Shown here: piece after piece, positions 28,500 through 36,711 of the stretch
How the letters are laid out: every line of letters begins with the position of its first letter
How positions within the stretch are numbered: position 1 is the first letter of the stretch
Virus record (IMG/VR): IMGVR_UViG_3300044513_002895
Span: 1-38,611 of that record
Reading direction: 5' to 3' (one strand)
Origin: a virus
Taxonomy: Duplodnaviria; Caudoviricetes
Length of the DNA stretch: 38,611 bases
Position numbers and translations under genes: made by a program
The notes under the pieces: generated by a model
What the model saw: the letters and a program-made list of their open reading frames with translations, nothing else
Told to the model about the DNA's origin: nothing
The model's database searches: none

Positions 28500-31400
28500 T
28501 TATGGTAATATAGTAGTAGTCGGCAACAATGTAGTTGTTGTTGTGTTTACATAAGATAAATCCCAGTCATTACTGTAATACAATACATTTTGTTCGCACT
28601 CAAATCTACCAATAACTTTAGCGTCTTCATATCTAACAAAAATAATATTCGTTATAATTTTTGGGTCACCATTTGTTTGCATTATAGCAAAGTAATTATC
28701 TAAATTAAGACCTTGGAAAGAATTAGAACCTCCACTGTAATTATCTGTTCCATAACTTATGCCTGATCCTGGAAGCGGTCCTGTATAAGTAGCATTTGTT
28801 CCAAAGTAACCTCCCTCTGTGTTATACGAGAATCCTCCTGAAACACTAGTAGCAGAATTATTACAATAAGTTGACACTAAATTATAAACATCAGAAGTTG
28901 TTGGGTGACTTGAGAAGTTTACTAAATTTGACCAAGAGAATGCAACGTTTGCTGGCTGTAGTGTTTGACTAAACAGATCCATTTCTATATTAGAGTTTGG
29001 AGTCTGATATAGCATTTGTGCTGGATCAATCACAACTTCAAAACATGCGTTTGCATCAAAGTTTGGATCCAATGGATATGCATCTATATTGTCTGGAGTT
29101 CCATCGCCATCATCATCATCATCTAGATAATCTGGTATTCCATCACCATCAGTATCTATTGTAGATGTTGTAGTTGTCGGCTGTACCGTGGTTGAACTTG
29201 TAGTTGGTATTGCTGTTGTAGATGAGGTTGTTGTAGGTGCAATTGGACAATCTACGTTTACATACCATGCAGTTCCTGTAAGTGGTGCATACACTTCTAT
29301 ATCTAAATATCTATATGAGGTGTTTTTATACCATCTTATTTGTAAAGCATCTTGTTTTGCTGTAATAGTTTCAGTAGGCAATCCTGCTCCAGTCAAGTAG
29401 TTGTTGAGTTGCGTTTGATAGGTTATGTCTCCTATATATCCAGTATCATAAACTACACTACCGAGTCTTTTTACAATAAACTTATCTGGAATAGCAGATG
29501 CTTGCACTGTCATATGAACCCATCCAAGACCATATCCTAAATCTATTTTAAGTGCACTAGGAAATGCTTGACCACTAGTGTAATTAAAACTAGCTGGACA
29601 GGATTGTAAATTGTACGTCAAAGTAGTTGTTGGAACAGCTGGGTCCGTAGTAGTTGTATACGTAGACGTTGTGGTCGAATTACAAGAGATCTTATCTAAT
29701 ACCTGACCATTTTCATCTATCTTTAATAAAAACCTCTCATATTGGTTTGGACTATGTGGGTAAGTAAGATATGCTGTTGCTATAAACCATGAGTATGTTG
29801 TGCTTTGTTCTAATGCACCATCAAATGCACCGTGATTCATTGTTTTAACATAATCGCCAACTGAGGGTACTGTACTAGAACCTGTATGTCTCATTTGTTT
29901 AATGTAGTAGCCAGCCTCACATAAACTGCCTAAGGAGTAATTAGTAGATCCTCCATATGTAACCGCATTAACATGTGACTCTAAAGAGTACCACATAAAT
30001 CCATATGCATCAGCACCAAAATAAAACACATCTAAAGTAGTTGGTGGTGGTTCCGTAGTTGTAGGCTCTAACGTAGTTGTAGGTTCTAACGTAGTTGTAG
30101 GTTCTAACGTAGTTGTAGGTTCTAACGTAGTTGTAGGCTCTAACGTAGTTGTAGGCTCAAGTGTTGTTGTAGGTTCAAATGTAGTTGTGCTGGTAGGTGG
30201 TGATAGCGTTGTAGTTGGTAGTAATGTAGTGCTAGTCGTTGGGGATATAGTAGTTGTAGGCTCTATAGTGGTTGTTGGTTCAACGGTAGTTGTTGTAGTT
30301 GTTCCTGGACAAGCAGGACATACGGCAGTAACATATCCATTGTTATCAATTCTAATAGCATCCTCTACATATCCATATCCAGAATTTGTTCTTACAGCGT
30401 AATACAAATTACCTCCATATAGTGGAGATGAATTTGATGCAACATATATTCTGTCTCCAACGCCAGGGAGTCCAACACCATTCCAGTAAATATTAAAATT
30501 ATAGTGAGTGTATTGATCACAAGTTGCGTCACAATTAACGAAGAATGTTCCGTTTCCATAATTGTTTTTAGACCCTAAGTACAAGTCAGTTCTTTGAGTA
30601 GTCGTACTGGTAGTAGGCTGCTCAGTAGTAGTCGTAGTAGGTTCTAGAGTTGTACTAGTCGTTGGTTCTATAGTCGTACTTGTGGTTGGCTCTAAAGTTG
30701 TTGTTGTAGGCTGTAGAGTAGTACTTGTAGTAGGTGGTGCCGTTGTTGTAGTTGTTGGGCACGGACCATACATAGATATTATTTCACCATTATTATCTAT
30801 TCTTACAACATATTCTATAGGAGCACAAGTAAACCCTGGTCCTCCAATCTTTAAGGCTACATGAGCTGCACCTGTTGACGCTCCAGAAGTAAGCTGTACA
30901 TTGTCATAAACAAAATCACCTATTTGTGGCTCTGCTCCACTACCAACCCAATAGTAATCATTAGTAAAATAAAAAGCATCGCTAGTACAATAGTTTGATT
31001 CACTTACTTTTGTGCTACTAGAGCTGCCATCTATACAAATGTTAGGTCCTATTCTTACAATTCTATAGCTACCAGAAAATGTTGTACTAGTTGTTGTAGG
31101 CTGAATTGTAGTAGAACTCGTTGTAGGTAACAATGTTGTAGAACTCGTTGTAGGAAACAATGTAGTTGAACTAGTAGTAGGTAACAACGTAGTTGAAGTA
31201 GTAGTAGGTAACAATGTTGTAGAACTAGTAGTTGGCTCTACTGTGGTTGTACTAGTAGTAGGTAACAATGTAGTTGAAGTAGTTGTACTTAAACTAGGAT
31301 CTGTCGTTGTACTTGTAGTAGGCTCTAAAGTAGTGCTAGTAGTAGGCTCTAATGTTGTAGTAGTAGGCTCTAGTGTTGTAGTAGTGGGCTCTAATGTTGT

Positions 31401-32957
31401 AGACGTAGTGGGCTCTAATGTGGTCGATGTCGTTGTCGACAATGTAGGATCAATCGTAGTACTAGTTGTTGGCGATAATGTAGTAGTAGATGTATACTGA
31501 CTACACCAGTGTATAGAAACTATGACACCATCTTCATCTATTCCGTATACAGTACTGCTATAGACCTCATTACAATTTAGGTTTGTGACAACATATTTAA
31601 CTCCGCCAGCAACACTATGCGACATAGGTTGATTTGTCTTGTCTTTTATTAAGTCACCAACTAGAGGGAACACAAATGATCCTTCCCAGTATCCTGTAAC
31701 TAAACTTGTCTGATCTTCAAAACAAGCTGTTATATGATCGTTATAAAAAAGAACTTCTCCTTGAGCATCCTCATAGTAACATAATTCCTGTGGAGGTTGT
31801 GTTGTTGTACTTGTTGTTGGCTGTTCAGTAGATGTAGTTGTTGTTGGCACATCTGTAGTAGTACTAGTTGTTGGAACTAGAGTTGTAGATGTTGTCGTAC
31901 TTATCACAGGAAGTAGAGTTGTACTCGTTGTAATCTCTAAAGTAGTTGATGTTGTCGTTGGAGGGCTAGTAGTGGATGATGTTGTGGTGCTAGGTGACTC
32001 TGTAGATGTAGTAGTCGTTGGCTCTAACGTAGTACTAGATGTAGTTGTAGAACAAGTGTATGCATCAATTACATATCCACTTTGATCAACTTGTATTGCT
32101 CCAGACTGAGAGTTTGCTGTATTTGAGTTTCCTACAGCAAACCAACAGTTTCCTCCCTGTAATATAATTCCATTTGTTCTTCTGATAATATCTCCGACAA
32201 CTGGAAGAGTATTTTCTCCATTATGACAAGCCTGAAACAACATTTGTGTGGCTGAAGAACAAGCTCCTAAACCTGAAGAAAAACAATACGGAGATGTACC
32301 ATTACCTGTTCCTATGTAAAAGTCATTACAAATAGGTAGCGTGGTGCTTGAAGTTGTACTACTTGTACTAGATGTTGTACTAGATGTTGTACTTGATGTT
32401 GTACTTGATGTTGTACTAGATGTTGTACTTGTAGTGCTTGTAGTTGAACTTGTACTAGTGGTTGTTAACGTAGGATCAAGCGTTGTGCTTGATGTGCTCG
32501 TTGTTGGAGTTGATGTTGTTGTAGACGTTGTACTACTCGTACTTGTTGTGCTACTTGTGCTGCTTGTACTAGAAGTAGTTGAAGTCGTAGGAGGAACACA
32601 GCTATTTTTTTCAGTAACTGTACCATCAAACCCAACCTTCATTGTTGCCGTTTGACTTCTTGGTGCAGTAGAGTTAGATATTGCGTAATAGTAATTAAAT
32701 CCTACGAATACCGTACCGTCCATTTTATAAACTGTATCTCCTTCTTCTGGAAGTACGCCAGTACCGTTATGACAAAGTTGTTGTAAAGTGTAATCTGTAT
32801 TGCCACACGCATCTACATTTGTTGTGTAGTATACTAGATTTCCATCCGCATCAGTGCCCACAAAGAATGGGTTACAAACAAACTGAGTTGTTGTAGATGT
32901 AGTAAGGTTAGGATTTTCTGTTGTTAGAAGAGGAAGGGTAGTACTGGTAGTAGTATC
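28500..32957 (-). CDS. Mucin-like Thr/Ser/Pro-rich multidomain tail protein; probably the frameshifted continuation of 32956..36711
   Basis: The frame of ORF 28500..32861 stays open upstream to the T11 run (DTTTSTTLPLLTTENPNLTTSTTTQFVCNPFF-VGTD...) and has no ATG start there. Long TTS/TTTLEP tracts separate Cys-bounded domains. Confidence 0.85.
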   Translation of the reverse strand, partial: DTTTSTTLPLLTTENPNLTTSTTTQFVCNPFFVGTDADGNLVYYTTNVDACGNTDYTLQQLCHNGTGVLPEEGDTVYKMDGTVFVGFNYYYAISNSTAPRSQTATMKVGFDGTVTEKNSCVPPTTSTTSSTSSTSSTTSTSSTTSTTTSTPTTSTSSTTLDPTLTTTSTSSTTSTTSTTSSTTSSTTSSTTSSTTSSTSSTTSSTTLPICNDFYIGTGNGTSPYCFSSGLGACSSATQMLFQACHNGENTLPVVGDIIRRTNGIILQGGNCWFAVGNSNTANSQSGAIQVDQSGYVIDAYTCSTTTSSTTLEPTTTTSTESPSTTTSSTTSPPTTTSTTLEITTSTTLLPVISTTTSTTLVPTTSTTTDVPTTTTSTEQPTTSTTTQPPQELCYYEDAQGEVLFYNDHITACFEDQTSLVTGYWEGSFVFPLVGDLIKDKTNQPMSHSVAGGVKYVVTNLNCNEVYSSTVYGIDEDGVIVSIHWCSQYTSTTTLSPTTSTTIDPTLSTTTSTTLEPTTSTTLEPTTTTLEPTTTTLEPTTSTTLEPTTSTTTDPSLSTTTSTTLLPTTSTTTVEPTTSSTTLLPTTTSTTLLPTTSSTTLFPTTSSTTLLPTTSSTTIQPTTTSTTFSGSYRIVRIGPNICIDGSSSSTKVSESNYCTSDAFYFTNDYYWVGSGAEPQIGDFVYDNVQLTSGASTGAAHVALKIGGPGFTCAPIEYVVRIDNNGEIISMYGPCPTTTTTAPPTTSTTLQPTTTTLEPTTSTTIEPTTSTTLEPTTTTTEQPTTSTTTQRTDLYLGSKNNYGNGTFFVNCDATCDQYTHYNFNIYWNGVGLPGVGDRIYVASNSSPLYGGNLYYAVRTNSGYGYVEDAIRIDNNGYVTAVCPACPGTTTTTTVEPTTTIEPTTTISPTTSTTLLPTTTLSPPTSTTTFEPTTTLEPTTTLEPTTTLEPTTTLEPTTTLEPTTTLEPTTTEPPPTTLDVFYFGADAYGFMWYSLESHVNAVTYGGSTNYSLGSLCEAGYYIKQMRHTGSSTVPSVGDYVKTMNHGAFDGALEQSTTYSWFIATAYLTYPHSPNQYERFLLKIDENGQVLDKISCNSTTTSTYTTTTDPAVPTTTLTYNLQSCPASFNYTSGQAFPSALKIDLGYGLGWVHMTVQASAIPDKFIVKRLGSVVYDTGYIGDITYQTQLNNYLTGAGLPTETITAKQDALQIRWYKNTSYRYLDIEVYAPLTGTAWYVNVDCPIAPTTTSSTTAIPTTSSTTVQPTTTTSTIDTDGDGIPDYLDDDDDGDGTPDNIDAYPLDPNFDANACFEVVIDPAQMLYQTPNSNIEMDLFSQTLQPANVAFSWSNLVNFSSHPTTSDVYNLVSTYCNNSATSVSGGFSYNTEGGYFGTNATYTGPLPGSGISYGTDNYSGGSNSFQGLNLDNYFAIMQTNGDPKIITNIIFVRYEDAKVIGRFECEQNVLYYSNDWDLSYVNTTTTTLLPTTTILP
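29061..29156 (-). other. Thrombospondin type-3-like Ca2+-binding repeat
   Basis: DTDGDGIPDYLDDDDDGDGTPDNIDAYPLDPN. Confidence 0.8.
30054..30179. repeat. Coding tandem repeat, 7 x 18 bp (LEPTTT)
   Basis: Unit CGTAGTTGTAGGYTCTAA: five near-identical and two diverged copies, with no spacers. Confidence 0.92.
32364..32423. repeat. Coding tandem repeat, 5 x 12 bp (TSST)
   Basis: Unit TGTACTWGATGT. Confidence 0.9.
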
Positions 32958-35900
32958 AAAAAAAAAAATCCGTAGTCGTACTCGTTGTAGGTTGCTCTGT
33001 AGTTGTGCTTGTTGTCGGCTCTAGGGTGGTCGAACTAGTGCTTGTTGTACTAGTTGGTGGTGCATCGTCATCGTATATCAGCTCACATTCAACCAGGTCA
33101 GGTCTCCACTCCGTCAGCGTTTCTTGTAGTGTTACAATAAGCTCTCTAGTATGAGGATCATATCCAGATAATATTCTTTTTGAACTTTCTGATTTTAACC
33201 TATCTCTAAACCAGTCATTCATTCCATAATCCGATATCTCTTCAATACCGTCTCTTGAAAGTCTACATACTGATCCACGTCTTTCGTCTACAAAGTATAT
33301 TCTTGTGCCCCACAATACTACAGAAAACTGATGTCTAGTTACACCAAACTCTCCTGAGTAAGCTACAACAGCTCCTAGTATATCTGAAGTCGAGGTTACA
33401 CTTCCAGAGCCATCGGCATTATAAAGTACATTTTTGTTTATAAGAACTCTACTAACTCTGTTTTCCTGGAATACAATAAGGTCTGTGTCTCTAGGTATAA
33501 TTTTATTTATATCCCCAAACTTATCGTCCAAGTCCTTGTAATTTAGTTCAGCTAAATTAAAGTCATTTAAGGCGTTAAATTTAGTTGACTGCTCATATGT
33601 TCCACTATAAGTTAAAGAAGTCGTTCTGTATGATCTCTTGTAGTCTGAGATGTTTGATAGAGGCTTATTCTCAAGCTTATATTTAGGCGAGTTGAATAGG
33701 TCACGTATCTTATAACTTTCAACGCAGTTACCCCATCCCCATGCGTTATAGAATGGAACGGTTATAGATGCTGCTGTTGTGTTATCTTGATTAGTATTTC
33801 CAGAGTGATATCCTTGAGAGGTGATGTCATAAGTGTAAGGAACCTCATAATACAAAGATGCATTATCCTCTACTGGTTTTGTCTCAAAACAAAGTTCATC
33901 ACTTGTTGCTCTGATTACAATTCTTGACTTTAGATTTACTTTAACTCTTTTGTCAGCAATACTGTTTTGAACTCCAAATGATCTAATGATCATGTTTAAT
34001 GGATCAGATATAGACCTTGTTATCGTAGTAGATTCTTCACCGTACGTTCCTCTTTCAAAAAATATTCTAGACTCTGTAAACTCAGTGTCAAATATTGCTT
34101 TTACTCCACTAGCCTCATGATACCACTCTTCAATGTTCGCATAATTTCCGTCTGCAACAAACTGATAAACCCAATTTTGTGTTTCTTCATTGTACTCATC
34201 ATATTCTATATTAATGATAGTACCAGTTCTAATCTCTTGATTGTCTATTGGCAATCCTGGAATAGTTGGGTATGCTATTTTATTACCATCATAATCAGGA
34301 CTACTTGGCTTTAAGTTTATTGTCCATCTATCGTTGGTATCGTGACCAGTGGCAAGCGCAAAGTTTGCTGTAATCCCATCCACAAGAGTCTGTGCAGAAC
34401 CTGCTGTGATAGCAACACCAGTAGCTGATTGACCAGCTGTAGCTGCATCATCTAAATAGTCTATAGTCCATGAAATACTATCGAAAGTACTAACACCGTC
34501 TCCAGTTCCGTCTATAGATATCGTAAGTCTTGCATACTCTGATCCTGTATAAGTTCCGTCAATAACTACATCATTTTGATTTGAAGTAGTTCCATAATAA
34601 AATGGATTAAAAGTTCCATTAGGATTAGAAGATTCAGCATCGATTGCTGCATTTGCACTTCCATATCCGTCTAAAGGATTGTCTAAAGAGTTAGAACTAT
34701 CATCATAGTCATCACTTTCGTATATATCATAATCAGATATATTCATTCTAAATCCTACAGGTTTTATAACCATATAGGTCCCTGACACCTGTGCAATTGC
34801 TGGATCTCCAGACTGTGGATACTGATCGTTTTCTAAGAAATTAATTTCTTTCTTTACAACATCTAGTATTTTAGTCTCTACTAAATTTGTTTTCTTTCCT
34901 CCTGTATCTGATTTAACTATGATAAAGTCTCCAGCATTTACCTTGTCTATATCGGATGTATTTAACAACACATAAACTTGTCCAGTGTTTGAGTCGTTAT
35001 AAAAAACAGAAGGCAGTATTGTGTGATAGTCTGTCTTAGTTTGTTTTACAAATACTCTAAAATGACTAGCAAACTTAGGTGGTAGATGATTAATACTAAG
35101 TGTCAACCTGTTCTCTTCGTCTGAAGATGAGTTAGGCACATAAACAGTATTGTTGTCGCTTGTTAGAACGGTAGTTGATCTACCAAATTCATCTAAATAG
35201 ACTAATCCTAATTCATAGTCTCTGTTAGTCTTTACGGTACTGTATGCGTTTCCAATATCTGCATCCGCAACCTCTGTCCCTGTATAAGATGCCGTAAAAT
35301 CTAAATCAACCTTTTCTCCGTTACAGTTTACAAGGTCAAAGTTTTCTGTGTAGTTACCATACACAATTCTATTACCAACAAGATTTTGAGTTCCTGCTGA
35401 TATAGGCACATTGTCGTAGTATCTCCTTAACTCTCTAGGATCTAATACACCATATATCTTATTGTTTTCAAAAGTGATTGACTGGTCGGTATCGTCAGTC
35501 CAACCTTTTTTGCTTTTGTTATATGTGTCTATAATAAATAGAGTCTCATCACCAGCAACCTTGAATATGACTTGAACGTCAGTTACTTTATCACCACCTA
35601 CATTAAAAGTAACATTAGCCTGATTTATCTTGTTAAGCATAGACTCATTAGAAGCTATGCTGTAATCAAAGTTAAAGTTGTAGGGATCAAAGGCAACTTG
35701 ACTAAAAGGTGACAATGGGGAAAACTCCCCTAATTTGTATTTATATCTATATGCAAAATATACAAACTTCTCTTTAAGGTTGTTTTCGTAAGCTAAGGTG
35801 GACGTTTGTAGAGATAAGGTAGGGGGGTATACAGGTGGCTTTACAATGACTGTAACGTCAGATAAAACAAAATTATTCTCTCCCCATGTTTTTGCATCGT

Positions 35901-36711
35901 TTACTTCTATTCTTTTTGGTTGCGTTACGCCATCAGTGAAGAACAAAATAATACGATCATTGTCGTTGTCGTATAATACGTTTGACTCAATGTAGTTTGA
36001 CTTAGAAAAGTTTAAAACATTTTCGTTGCCAACCCTACTATCTTTTAGCACGATAGAAGAAATATTATTGTCTTTATCGTATTCAGCAATATAAGATCCG
36101 TCATCAGATCTTACAAACCAAAATATTTTATTGAGAGAATCTTCTGCTACTGAACCTAAAGCAACTGGATTGTTACCAAAATCTAATACTGTTGCTGTGC
36201 TACATATTTGTTTGTACACAAAAGCATTAGGTTCTGTCATTGTATCGTGGTACTGACAGTCTATACTAATAGTATCGAAATCAGATTTTATCTTTAATAC
36301 AACTGTACCTGAGTAAAATGTGTCACCATTTATCTCGTTTGTTGTAGTTGCACTTGTAACCTCATAAGAGTCTGCATTTCCGTTGTAAAATTTAATAGGG
36401 TGCCCACTATCTACATTAAAGGTGTAATTACCTACTCCTAAATAATAAGGTGCATTGTCATGTAAGTTTTCTCCATTAAATAAATATGATCCTCCATTTC
36501 CAGTAACTGTAATATTACGAACCATACAAGTGTCCGTTCCTACAGTCAAGGATGAGTTTGATAATGCATTCTCCATAGCACCCATACCTGAGCCTGCTGA
36601 AGTAAGCACATTGGCGTTTAACGCATCTCTGTATTCACCCTGCTGGACTAGACGCTCATCTGCGTCTTTATTCATCTTACCAGCCTGAAATATATTTTTA
36701 GCTTTTGCCAT
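32956..36711 (-). CDS. Tail stabilisation (P22 gp10-like / crAss muzzle-like) protein, N-terminal portion (1251 aa)
   Basis: GKMNKDADERL...GEYRDALN start; FAYRYKY..GEFSPLSPFS; GNRIVYGNY; RDYELGLVYLDEFGR; NALNDFN...KDL...G.I.KI; ISDYGMNDWFRD; GYDPH. It ends abruptly in a Thr-rich tract. Confidence 0.85.
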   Translation of the reverse strand: MAKAKNIFQAGKMNKDADERLVQQGEYRDALNANVLTSAGSGMGAMENALSNSSLTVGTDTCMVRNITVTGNGGSYLFNGENLHDNAPYYLGVGNYTFNVDSGHPIKFYNGNADSYEVTSATTTNEINGDTFYSGTVVLKIKSDFDTISIDCQYHDTMTEPNAFVYKQICSTATVLDFGNNPVALGSVAEDSLNKIFWFVRSDDGSYIAEYDKDNNISSIVLKDSRVGNENVLNFSKSNYIESNVLYDNDNDRIILFFTDGVTQPKRIEVNDAKTWGENNFVLSDVTVIVKPPVYPPTLSLQTSTLAYENNLKEKFVYFAYRYKYKLGEFSPLSPFSQVAFDPYNFNFDYSIASNESMLNKINQANVTFNVGGDKVTDVQVIFKVAGDETLFIIDTYNKSKKGWTDDTDQSITFENNKIYGVLDPRELRRYYDNVPISAGTQNLVGNRIVYGNYTENFDLVNCNGEKVDLDFTASYTGTEVADADIGNAYSTVKTNRDYELGLVYLDEFGRSTTVLTSDNNTVYVPNSSSDEENRLTLSINHLPPKFASHFRVFVKQTKTDYHTILPSVFYNDSNTGQVYVLLNTSDIDKVNAGDFIIVKSDTGGKKTNLVETKILDVVKKEINFLENDQYPQSGDPAIAQVSGTYMVIKPVGFRMNISDYDIYESDDYDDSSNSLDNPLDGYGSANAAIDAESSNPNGTFNPFYYGTTSNQNDVVIDGTYTGSEYARLTISIDGTGDGVSTFDSISWTIDYLDDAATAGQSATGVAITAGSAQTLVDGITANFALATGHDTNDRWTINLKPSSPDYDGNKIAYPTIPGLPIDNQEIRTGTIINIEYDEYNEETQNWVYQFVADGNYANIEEWYHEASGVKAIFDTEFTESRIFFERGTYGEESTTITRSISDPLNMIIRSFGVQNSIADKRVKVNLKSRIVIRATSDELCFETKPVEDNASLYYEVPYTYDITSQGYHSGNTNQDNTTAASITVPFYNAWGWGNCVESYKIRDLFNSPKYKLENKPLSNISDYKRSYRTTSLTYSGTYEQSTKFNALNDFNLAELNYKDLDDKFGDINKIIPRDTDLIVFQENRVSRVLINKNVLYNADGSGSVTSTSDILGAVVAYSGEFGVTRHQFSVVLWGTRIYFVDERRGSVCRLSRDGIEEISDYGMNDWFRDRLKSESSKRILSGYDPHTRELIVTLQETLTEWRPDLVECELIYDDDAPPTSTTSTSSTTLEPTTSTTTEQPTTSTTTDFFF
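32958..32968 (-). other. T11 homopolymer at the frame switch between two giant ORFs (slippage site or sequencing indel)
   Basis: The coding strand reads GA-T11-GAT-ACT-ACT. Frame 0 gives D-F-F-F-TGA; one fewer T gives D-F-F-F-D-T-T-T into the downstream ORF. Confidence 0.85.

Noticed and set aside
30054-30179. 18-bp repeat array as a possible CRISPR
   Set aside because: The units are contiguous with no spacers, their length is a multiple of 3, they encode LEPTTT in frame, and no cas genes are present.
29188-32655. Val-rich + strand ORFs (29188, 30187, 30682, 31243, 32341) that look like membrane proteins
   Set aside because: They are antisense shadows of the Thr (ACN) repeats in the minus-strand gene.
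32911-32958. Stop-codon read-through or an alternative genetic code joining the two giant ORFs
   Set aside because: Reading through the TGA reaches TAA after 15 codons in the same frame, so a frame change is needed. Elsewhere TGA and TAG act as normal stops with coupled starts.
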